A stretch of DNA of 64,000 nucleotides from Dicyema japonicum (Eukaryota > Animalia > Dicyemida). The stretch is taken from positions 31,430 to 95,429 of the forward strand of contig RDEW01000081.1 in the NCBI GenBank assembly GCA_011109175.1. The letters are read 5' to 3'. Positions 12,385 through 23,640 of this stretch are shown one piece after another (position 1 is the first letter of the stretch; every line of letters begins with the position of its first letter). The translations under genes and the position numbers were made by a program. The notes below the pieces were generated by a model that was not told the DNA's origin, did no database searches, and saw nothing but the letters and a program-made list of their open reading frames with translations.

Positions 12385-12630
12385 TGTCAAGGCAGACAAT
12401 TCCCAAGTCTCCGGAGGCGACTCGAACCCATAACTTTAGTCTACAGCTTTCTTCGTTTTTAGAGACTTCTTGTCTTAATTGTCCCTTAAGTCCTTCATTC
12501 ATATGTGCATATGAAGAAGAGGGATGAGGGCTATGAGATGAAGCCATTTAGTATCTGACTTCCATCAAAGCAGACAATTTCCAAGTTTCCGGAGAAAACT
12601 CGAACCCATAGCGGTACTCTACTCGTTTCC
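12385..12630 (-). mobile_element. Two degenerate copies of a tRNA-like (B-box-bearing) short repeat
   Basis: GCAGACAATT(C/T)CCAAGT(C/T)TCCGGAG....CTCGAACCCATA occurs twice on the plus strand. The minus strand reads TATGGGTTCGAGT (B-box); GTTATGGGTTCGA is shared with the SINE at 62921. A-box is unclear. Confidence 0.4.
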
Positions 12631-13539
12631 TTAGTCCTTAACTACTTTTTGTATTGGCTCCTTTATTCACATAAACACGTGAGAAGAGAGAAAAAGGATA
12701 TTTCCATCATGACGTGATGAACGCATTCAGTAAACCAGGGTGCGTCACCAGTTTTTAAGCTACCAAGGATCAAACTAATAAGAGATAAGGGAATCCTTAG
12801 TATAGAAGATTATCAATAAAGCACGTTTCGAAAAATCAATAATCAATTTTCTCGACTTTCATTTTTTGGAAAAAAAATCTACCATATTTAATGAATGAGT
12901 TCTCAGACAGGAAGTCCTTCATCCGTCTTATTTTTCTCATGGGAGTTTTATTTTATATAGACGGCATAGTAGTGCTTCTCGGAAACATTATCGATTTTTG
13001 ATATATCAGACAAAAAAACATTCAGGTGACTTTTAAAATCTCTCACTCTGGTTATTTCAGAGTTTAGAAGAAAGAAACAGTCATCAACAAATCTACCATG
13101 CGGGAATCCATATCGCTGGTTATTAGGAAATCCCCATTCATTTCAATAATATGGAACAGTCTATTATAAACTATTTATTACTATGTGCTATTCGTCCAGA
13201 ATTTTCTACTATAAAGTACCTTGAAGATTAACATACATAACACCATCAAAGGTTAGTTTGAGAAGAGGAAATTCCTTTGATTTCCATCTATTCCGTTCAA
13301 GGCAGTCCTCTCAAAGAATAAACATTTCTGAAATGTTTATTGAAAAAATTAAATTTAACAAAAACGGACAATGAAGAAAATTATCATACTTTTAATTTCA
13401 CTTTAATCGGCAGTCAAGAGAAGATAAAGCTAATTAAGTTTTAAATCGGCGCTATTAGACACTGTCAACCATTTACATAAAACATGTTATTCCTTGTGTA
13501 ATTAAAGTCATTCTCATTATATAACAACACGCCACACAA

Positions 13540-15180
13540 GGAAGAACATTCAATACCCACGATTGATCCCAAGAAACACGACCTCGCGGAAGTGTGCAAA
13601 GTTACGGACGTACTAACGAAACCTAATGCTCTTGACAACAGGGCTCTATTGATCACAGTGGATTCTACTATGAGTGCGATAAAAATTGCAAACGTTTTAC
13701 GATACTATGACCAATACAGATCTTTGAGGATGAGCCACAGAGGACCGGGCTTCTTCCGGCTAGATTTTATGGACAACTCACACATGGCCACCTTCATGGA
13801 GACCATAAATGAGACCTATCCCTTTGGTCGTGACAACCACAACTTCAGGGCAATCTCAACCAAACCATCTGAGATTGTCCTAGGAACCTTCTATTCTGGG
13901 TGAAGAAAGACGACCTTTTGGATTACCTCCAGGAGATGGCTTCCTCAGCCACACAGGTCACGCGAATGTTCAGAGGATCGTAAGCCATGCCAATGGCGAA
14001 GATCTTGATTAACAGTAAACCAAAGGCCACATCATTAATACGCTGTGGCTTCTTCATCGGAACAAACAAGATCTCTTGTGAGTGGAAGAGAAGAGGACCG
14101 CCAATCTGCTACAACTGTCAGCAGGTCGGTCATTTTGCATACCAGTGCACGGGAAAGAAGTAATGTTTCCGTTGCGCGGGAGAACATGACACCTCCAAAT
14201 GCAATGCGGATACGGATGCTGAACCTAAGTGTATAAACTGCGGATCAACAAAACACGGTGCAAGATATGGAGGATGCCCTGTGCTCGTGGAGGCCAGGCG
14301 AAAGTTAAATCCTCCAACTAAAAATCCGGAAATGAAACCTATGAACGCCATAGACGACAAATTTGAAATACTAACACGAAAAAGAATTATTGGTCCAAGG
14401 ACTAATAAGCTCTCTTCAGCTAATCTTCCACAGGAATCGGCTTGGCAAACCAACGAAAAAATACCAGGAAGAATCAAAAAAGGAACTAGAGGATATCATA
14501 ACAAGACTGAAAGAAATAAGCAACGTACTAGGAGTGGATTTACGGGAAATGGTGGATCTGGCCACCAAAAAGAAATTTGAAAAGAAACCTAAAGATAGTG
14601 CTGGTGAACGCCCGATCCCTGAAGAAGAGGCGTGATGACCTAACACTACTCATGTCGTCCACCAAGATTGACATCCTGGTGGTCAATGAGACCAAAATAA
14701 AAAGGATCAACACAGCAACAATAAAAGGTTATAATTCAATAGAAATACCATGGGTCGAAAGCCCAGAGGCTGGTACTGGAACCACATTGTTCTACAACGA
14801 TGTTCTACATGTACGTGAGCCAAGAGTTACCTCGAACACACATTGTGAATTTGTTACTATTGAGATACGCTGTTGTAACCGTTGGATACATATTGGAGAA
14901 ATGTACTCCAAGGACCTAAGAAAATGCTCCACAGAAATCAAAAATTTCTTCGCAGAGAACAACTTGTCTATCCTAGTGGGGGATCTGAACGCCAAGAACT
15001 CTAAATATAGATGCATCAAAACATACAAAGATGGAATCAGGTTAAGAAGACTAAGTGACAAGGCAGGCTTCGAGGTAATAACCTCGGAAAGCCAAATCAC
15101 TACTTGTACCACATCGGAAACATGCTTGGGGTCTTCCTGGTGTCACCACTACTATGCACTTATGTGGAGCAACCAATGAT
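13540..15180 (+). mobile_element. Jockey/I-group LINE family A copy 2 (ORF1 and APE, 3' truncated)
   Basis: Frameshifted ORF1 with CCHC motifs, then APE (IVLVNARSLKKRRDDL...GDLNAKN, 14577-15179). Homologous to 2121-4680. Confidence 0.88.
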
Positions 15181-15339
15181 CATGATAGATTTTGTTAAAG
15201 TGCAACTGCCCTTCCTCTCTGTTTGTTATTGAAGTTTTCAATCAAAATTTTTAATTTGTCTGAAATGTCTGCTTCCCAGAGTCCATACTCTTTTGCTTCT
15301 TGCCGTTTTTTTCTGATCTCCTTCTCCAAAGCATGTATG

Positions 15340-16180
15340 CCCATTTTCACAATTAAACTAGTGTGCTATCAAGGGACTTGAAGTTAGCCGGGTTGAAACC
15401 ATATAAATAATATTCGATTAAGTCAACAAACTTTCTCCATTCGACATTTATGTAGTTAGTGAATAATATGGGCATTCTTTCAGAGGAAACTCTTCCTTTA
15501 AGCGGGATAAGTATTGTGTTGTGGTCACTTCTGATATTGTAGTGCATCATCCAATTGGTTAGTGTGGCAATGTTCTGGAAGCAAGTGTAAGGTTAGGAGA
15601 GGACGTCCTACCGTTAAGTCTAAAGAGTTTTTTATTGAATAGATGGTTGTTTAATATCATTAGATTATCCAGATTCGACTATATTTAATCACCCCTGGTA
15701 TCTTCTAACTGATTTTTGAACCACATTGGATTCTTTGCATTCAGGTCACCACATAATAACAGGTAATCAAAATTGTGGACATCTACCAGTGAGAATCTAA
15801 AATCTTAGTAACAGGAATAATGAGGGGGTATATACATATTTATAAGGGTGATGTTACTGACGATTGTTGAAAGTGGGATGGCGATGTACTCAGTGGGAGA
15901 AGGAGATTATGTTTCTCAAGTGTTTGCTGAAAATCATTAGTAAGTCATATGTGACCCCCAGTATTTTGGTTGAATTTGTGGAGGGCATTGTCATTTCATT
16001 TAGGGTCATTGAAGGCGCCGAGTTAGTTAATCTTCTATTGGAAGTAAAGATCATGGAGCACGACTATTCAGGACTTGTGTGTAATTGGTTCTTCGTAAGC
16101 CAACAGTTCAGGTTGTCCAGTAAATCTTATAAACGGGTACCCGCTGTGTGGATACACTCGCTTTGCTGTCAAGATTAAGT
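15340..16180 (-). mobile_element. Two rearranged LINE fragments (RT thumb, then APE C-terminus), related to family B
   Basis: TKILGVTYD (thumb, ~15900-16000), LLCGDLNAKNPMW (~15740) and SDHNTI (~15520). Confidence 0.55.
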
Positions 16181-16199
16181 TGTCAGCATAAGCAAGAAA

Positions 16200-18950
16200 C
16201 AAGGTATCGTCTCAGGGAGTATTAAAAAAGAGCTAAAGGAAATAGTATCAAGACTGAAGGAACTAAGTAACATACTCGGAGTGGATTTACGCAATATGGT
16301 GGACCTGGCCATGGAGAGTCCGGGCCACCAACAAGAAAATTGAAAAGAAACTTGATAGTGCTGGTGAACGCCCGATCCCTAAAGAAGAGGCGTCATGACC
16401 TGGCACTACTACTATCGTCCACCAAGATTGACATCCTGGTGGTCAACGAGACCAAAGTGAAAAAGACCAACAACACAATGCTAGAGGGATACAATTCTAT
16501 AGAAATTCCATGGGTCGAAGGTGCAGAAGCTGGTACTGGAACCACATTGTTCTACAGTGAAGTTCTACAGATACGTGAGCCAAAAATTATTATGAATACA
16601 CACTGTGAATTTGTTTCCGTCGAGGTGAGATGCTGCGGCAGTTGGAATGTATTCAAAAGACCTTAGAAAGTGTTCCGCAGAAATTGAAGAATTCTTCACA
16701 AGAAATGATATGTCTATTCTAGTGGGTGATCTAAATGCCAAAAACATTGAATATGGATGCCTCGGTACTAACGATGATGGAATCAGACTGATGAAATTGA
16801 GTGATAAAACTGGATTTGAGATTTTGACATCGGAAAAACCGAATCATTACTCGCACTACGGGGGAGACATGCTTGGGGTGTTCCTGGTGTCACCATCACT
16901 CTACAATTATGTAGAAAAGCAGATGATCATGTGGGACATCGGAAGTGATCATATACCCCAAGAGATGTTATTGAACCTAGCTCCAGACTCCATGGACTCT
17001 GTGTTTACAGGTTACGACCTAACAAGAATAAACTGGGAACACTACAGAAGGTACATATCAAGAAACCTCAAACACTGGAAGATTAAAGATTATTCCCGAA
17101 GTGATATCGACATCATAGACAATGAACTCTCTATCATGATGGAGACATATTTAATGCTTTACGCAAGAAGGAGATCCTCAAGTACTAATCATGGAAAGAG
17201 CATCAGTCTTTCGAATTCCACATATCTTTGATCAATGAAAGGAATCGCCTGAGGACTAAACTCAGAAGATGTGTGGACTGGATAGACCGGATTGCACTGA
17301 CCGGACAATTGAAGATAACAAAAAACGCCATTGAAGAAGGAATAAGACTATCTCAAGAACAATGTTTGAGGGTAGAAGCAAGCAAACTAAACACCAAAGA
17401 CCCCTCGTTCTGGAAGTTCTACAAAAAAATAACTAGCCAGAAAAGGAATGACATAAAAATCTCCTTGACCAAGCCAGAAGGTGGACTGTGTTCTATGGAA
17501 GAAGCCCCAGATATTTTTAAGAAACAACTGGACCGTATTCAGGGGATCAACCCGATGGAGCTTATTCCGAGGGAGACGTTAGATTCTTCACGTGAAATTT
17601 TAACCTACTGTTTGGACGATCTTAAAAATACTGAAATGAAAATAACCACGGATGAAGTCATGGCTGCAATCATGAAATGCAAGGCTAACGTGCTGGACTT
17701 GACCATCTAAGCATGAGATTGTTCAAGGAAGCCCCAGAGGCTCTATTTCCGATACTGAAGAATTTATTCAATGCAAGCATTCATCATGGTCATGTCCCAA
17801 AACGCTGGAAATCTTTCATTGTCAGAATGATACTGAAACCGGGAAAATCGAGGAGGGACCCTCTCAGCTATAGGCCGATAAGCTTCATCTGTTCGATCTC
17901 CAAGATTATCTAACGAATTATCTTCAGAAGGCTTAACGACCACATAGAAGAAAGTGGTTTCTTCCTCGCAGAACAATGGGGCTTCAGACCTGGAAAATCA
18001 TGCACGGACTGTATCTACCAGATGCATTCAACGGTATTGAGAGGTCTGGAAGTCAAAAGACTAGTCAACCTGGTATGTTTGGATCTGTCCAAGGCTTTTG
18101 ATAGTGTGTGGCACGAAGCATTCCTATCAAGGCTAGCAGCTGCTCAGATCCAAAAGAAACTTCTCATATGGATAAAAGATTTCCTAACAAAACGGATTTC
18201 CCAAGTACGTGTTAAAGCACATATGTCGAAAAACATCATACTGAAGAGGGGAGTTCCTCAGGGTTCCGTCCTGAGCCCTCTGCTATTCAACATATTCCTA
18301 TCAGATTTTCCAACTCCACCGGATATAACACAAAACTATTGATATACGCCGATGATATTCTGATCACAGATACATCTGGCAAATCAACTCTTTCGGAGAA
18401 AAGGATCATGTCATTCATTAGACAAGTTCAGGACTGGTGCACAAAAAGAGGGATGAGATTGTCTACTGAGAAATCCAGCTCTCTACGAGTAAGTCGCCTA
18501 AGGAGGCATCAGAAGCAGCCTTACTCATTAGAGATTCCTAAAGTAAACTCAATGCGCTACCTCGGGATAGCAATCGATGGAATGGTTCCTTCATGGAGGA
18601 CATAAGACAAAGAAGGAAGAAGGCGCTTCAAGCACTCTTATGTACGAGAAAGTTGTTTGTAAGCCTGGAAACCTTCTTGTTCATCTTCATGAGGATCATC
18701 CTACCGGAACTGCTATATGGATGCGTAGCATGGTTTTTCTCTTGCCAAAGAGAAAGAAGAATGTTTCTCATGGAAAAAACCAGAAGGTCGGCAATAAAGT
18801 TTGCTTTAGGAAAAGGCTCTGGGATGCTCTCAGTACTGAAGAAGACATGATTCTAACTCCTGTTAAAAACATCGTAGAGAAAAGAATCAATGCGATCCGA
18901 CGATAGAAGATAACTAAATGGAGTGTGGATACATCAGAAGTGTCCAGGCC
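16200..18950 (+). mobile_element. Jockey/I-group LINE family A copy 3 (ORF1 tail plus nearly complete, frameshifted ORF2)
   Basis: APE 16340-17000. RT motifs DPLSYRPIS, CLDLSKAFDSVWH, GVPQGSVLSPLLFNIF, IYADDILI, RYLGIAID. Jockey-like C-terminus (ILPELLYGCVAW). Confidence 0.92.
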
Positions 18951-20138
18951 GCATAGTCGGACACGTTTAAATATCCTAAAAATAACTCCTTACTTACTTT
19001 GGAATAAATCTGGTTTGGTTTGGTCTCTTCTTGGCTTTTGGCTAAAATCAAAGTGTATGAAAAATTCCCCGAGGTAAAAAGAGTAATTTAACCTTTTTGA
19101 TGCAATTCTGGCACTATGCGCTTTCTAAGCAGGTAAATCACATGTCATGATTATAATAACGTAATGAAATGAAGGAACTGAAGAAAATTCAAGAAACTCT
19201 TGACCAAGTAACCAGGATGATCATATGCAAAGATCATAGTAACCACTAATTATAAAACTTCATGAAACTCTTGGGACCGGGATAGTCTATTAGAGAAAAA
19301 CTAACCATAAAGTCATTGATAAATGTAGGATGTGATTTTTCAACTGAGGAGACGAAATCATCTCGTAAAATGAATTATTCCATATCACCAGTTTGGTTAA
19401 AAAATTAAGAGTTTGAGCTGATGTAGCTCTATAGAACTAAATATCTTGATATTCCTGTGACGGACGTAATCCATTTTTCAATCTGACTGTGGTCAAATGA
19501 CTGACTCGGAGACATCGATACATCATGTCCACGAAATAAAAACACCCCACATCAATATTATGGAATTCATATCCTATTAAGCTTATATTTGGACAAATAT
19601 TACGGTTAACTCATTATTCATTTTCTGTTCATACAACTTGTTGAGAATAATTGGGGATATATTGGATTTACATTATTACCAGGTTTATTTGCTTCTTTTT
19701 CATAACAATTTTTCATATATCTGAAATATATTAGCAGTTCCGACCATGATCAGGGATGACAAGTGTTCATTGTCAACTTTGTTCTCTGAGAATATTTTGT
19801 TGATTTCGTAAAGGAAAACAACTGTTGTAAGTGGAACCGTACATTGCATAATCATCGTTTAAAACTTTTTGAAGTTTGTAAAAATTTCAGGAAACTATGA
19901 GTAGAAATCAGGTATCCTCACTTATAGGTATTTTGCTATGAGTACAGAATTAGAATGTATTTCTAATAGTTTCATCACAAGTTTTCATCTTGAAAACATT
20001 AGCATTCAAATGATGAGAAATTACTAAACATGAAACTCTGTTGACAATAATCATATTTAACAAATATTTTATGCAGTTAGGAAAATGAACAAATTTTTCA
20101 ATTGCGACTTTTATAACCTTAGTTTTGTAATGAAACAT

Positions 20139-20340
20139 ATTAAACCAGAGACCACGGTTACACAAGCTAACTAATCACGTGATTCCAGCACACTCTTGCA
20201 GAGACCTCAACTTGATGCTCCTCCTTCGACACCACACAAGCACGTATCGGCTGTACAATCGATGTTCGTAATTTACCGGCCACGTTCCTCTTTGTTAAGT
20301 ATTAAACACACTAAATATTAACTACACAGTTAATTGATTA
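20139..20340 (-). repeat. Short interspersed non-coding repeat, related copy at ~60519-60690
   Basis: Shared plus-strand block GACCACGGT..A..AACTAACTA(A)TCACGTGAT.CC and downstream AAACACACTAAA. Confidence 0.55.
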
Positions 20341-20642
20341 AACATTGTATACATCTTATACCTGCGTTAATTGTATTTACCACTTCTTGGGAAAGGATTA
20401 CGTTTAATCGTTTTATGAAAGATTGATATTTTGTATAATCTCAACAAAAAATGCTAACATTATTCAACCCAAGTCTTAGAGAAAGGATTTGTCTACAATT
20501 AAAGAATTTTTATGTGCTACTTTACATTAAACCACAATATTAGTATAAATGTCGCATAATGATTATGTAAAAAGACATAGTTGTGAAACTATTACTTTTG
20601 CAACGAGTTTGTAATAAAGTGAAAGTTTATAACAAATCAAAT

Positions 20643-22053
20643 CTAACATTTATTTCCCTTGTTAGTATTACTAACCGACAATGGAGTCTAAATAACATAA
20701 AAAATACAGAATGGGTATATTTTGACTGTTCTCCTCTACTCTTTTTCACACTATCCTTACCAGATACCTTACTATCACTGATTCTTTGCTTCTCTTCAGT
20801 CACAAGTTCTTTGAAAGCCCCTTTTTGTTCTTCAATCAATTCACTCAGTTCCTCATCATCAATAACAAATCCTAATATTTTTGCATCCAGCTTTCCACAC
20901 TCATTGTTAAACCTCTGTAAATCCGCAGCATCCTTCAACAGAAAACCCCCTCTGTTTCTGAGTCGGTCAGGGTCACTCGATTTAGCTCCAATCGTCATTA
21001 TAGATGACATACACTCCTTCCACTTGTTAATATTACTCGTAAAAACTGATATTCTTTCCTTCATTCTTCTCACATGACTGAGTTTGTCTATAATATCTCT
21101 GACACTGTCGTCCATAGTCATAACAGGGACCTGTTTATTCCCAAAATACATCAATTTCATTTCAGTATCAAGACACTCCAATAGAGAGCTCTTTTTTTCA
21201 TTGAGAATAAACTTAAGTTCTGACACCTTGTTAGTCCATTCTGTAATCAAATCCAAAGATATAGAGTCCACAGCTCTCGGGAAGCACACGTGCACACCAA
21301 TAAGTGACAAATTATTCGAAAGGCTCTCACCAGTTGACACCAAAGACTGCATAAGAGTTTCTCTCCTGTAGAGTTCCTTCTTTAATTCTTCAATGTAGCG
21401 TCTACATTCCAGTAGAAAGTCTTCAGAAAGTACGTCCGTATGAGAACAGAATATCTCAGAAGCAGGAACATCAGATAGTCGTCCAAGAATGTCAGTAATC
21501 TCAGAGTAATACATGTTGTATTTGTCAGAGTTCAATTTTACTTGAGTCTCTTGAATATCAACCAGTTGCTGAGCCATTTCCAAAGACTCCAACAAGGGAA
21601 CTACGCTTTCGTCAAACTTAATCATTTCCTCCTCGAGCAAAAGAGAATACTTTCTGTTCAAATCATAAAGTTTATTCTTCTCTGACATTCGTTTTTCTTT
21701 TTCGGAAACCATTTTTTCATAATATTTGGTTATTTTCTCACATTTTTGAATGAGGTTTAGCCTGGATCAACCTCTTTGCATTCAAACCCAAGTTCCTTTG
21801 CGAGAAAATCGGCTTCTTCCTTCTTGCTGCAAATTTCCTTATCTAGTGATATTTTTGATAGTTCCTCATCTTCAAGTACTATGAATATCCTGTTTTTTAT
21901 GTTATCAAAAAATTTGCTCTGTCTTTCAAGGCGATAGTCATTTGAAAGCCCAACTTCATCCCATATAGCATCAAATTTACTAAAAGCCATTGGAAGATTC
22001 AAAAGCTCAGAAACATTAACGTCCCACATTGAGATAGAAACGAATTCCGCCAA
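20643..22053 (-). CDS. PRC1: PRC1/Ase1/MAP65 microtubule-bundling protein, probably intact (~454 aa), introns of 26 nt (21762-21787) and 20 nt (20688-20707)
   Basis: N-terminal IWDEVG...R dimerisation motif and the family signature SSDPDRLRNRGGFLLK. Removing both GT-AG introns gives one open frame (1365 nt) ending STPLSVSNTNKGNKC*. Confidence 0.85.
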
Positions 22054-23640
22054 AGTATTTTAAATTTATATATATTTTTAATATTATACTTTATTAATTT
22101 TATTAACACTTTTTGAAAGTTTACGTATTTTACGGAAAAAATTCAAATGTTGACACTCTGAACCCATGGACAAAAGATCTTGGAGACAATGCTGTATTCC
22201 TCACCACCATCTACATACGATTTATCTGACCAGTATTGACCCTTGCTAGTGCAACGTGGTCAAGGGTTATTTCCCGTTTTGATGAATAAACTGACCAAAA
22301 TTTAGAAAACAGATAACAGAATCATCAGTCCTAATTTCAACTGATTCAATAATGCACTTGCCTAAATATATTATGTAACACTGTATTTCCCCAGCTAGAC
22401 ACAAAACAACATTTGTTGGAATCAGAAAAGATTCAAATGAAAACCGCAATATTCAATCAATTACATTTTATGCAAAATCCACATGCGGATTCGCGATTTA
22501 AGGTTCGCATTCCAGCCGATCTTTTTTGAGACGTCTGACGTACTTGGCCCGAACACGTCTAAGTTTTTCAGTTTAATCGCTCTGTTTGCAGGACTGCTAA
22601 AGGGAGAGTCTAGAAAGACACGATGGCACTTCTAGAACTGAAAAAGATTGAACCGATTAAGAAGCTGGCAAAAAGCAACCAAATATTACTCCCAGAATCT
22701 TCCAGAAATTATTAAAACTGTCTCTGAATTTGAAGGAGATGGAGTTTTTTCAATAATGTTTCGATTTTAATTATTTTTGGCAAAAAAATCAGTTACTCAT
22801 TCAAATGAAAAATTTTATGCAGATCTGAACAAAATATAATTTTCATCAGATCAGAGCAATATAAAAAAATTATATTTCAAAAAACCTTTCAGAAATCTGG
22901 GATACTAAGTATTCTTGATTTCTCTTTTTTTAAATTTTTTCGCCAGAAATTTACTCATACCTTCAAAATGCAATAATTGATTTCGTTAATTTTTTATAAT
23001 GCAATTCGTACAGTTAAAAAAAATTTCATGCAAATTTTTTTTAAAAATTCCAATTTTCTTGTTTCCCTAATATTTTTTTTAATTAGATTAAAATACATTT
23101 TCTCTATGACGGGAAAAGAATCACAACCAATTTTTAAAGAACATGGTATTTAATTTTCCTAAGATACGCCTGTCTTTCATGAAACATTTGATTAAGATTC
23201 TGTATGGTAAAGATCACAGTTATTATTAGAGGCCTAGGAAGAAATCCCATTCATATCAACAGTGAACGATACAGGATAATATAAAATAGTTACAACAATA
23301 TCGAGGTCATCAACGCAGTCGTCCATATCCTTTTTGAGGCAAATTTAATAAGTCTGATTTTCTTATGTAATTCCTCCCTTTCTTCACTCTCTGTTGAAGC
23401 GCTTAATCCATTTTAACGTATATCGATGACTATTGTCAGATGAACAGTATGGCTATCCAATCTCCCTAACTTTTAATTTCTTATAATTAATGGTTTATTA
23501 ATCACTTTCCACAGTATTAACTGTAGAGAAAAGATTTTTACTATTGATAAAATTATTATGTAAAGACAAATTTTTTAATCTGAAAACGTTTTGAATTACA
23601 CAATTCTAAATTTTAATAGTCTTTGATAAGCTTTTTCATA

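Noticed and set aside
19450-19900. Possible IS630/Tc1 remnants here, at ~22140-22450 and at ~54780-54950
   Set aside because: Only weak single-motif resemblance; cannot be supported without a profile search.
20583-21371. Plus-strand ORFs overlapping PRC1 (and similar antisense ORFs over alpha-actinin and the LINEs)
   Set aside because: Shadow ORFs antisense to well-supported coding frames, with no recognisable motifs.
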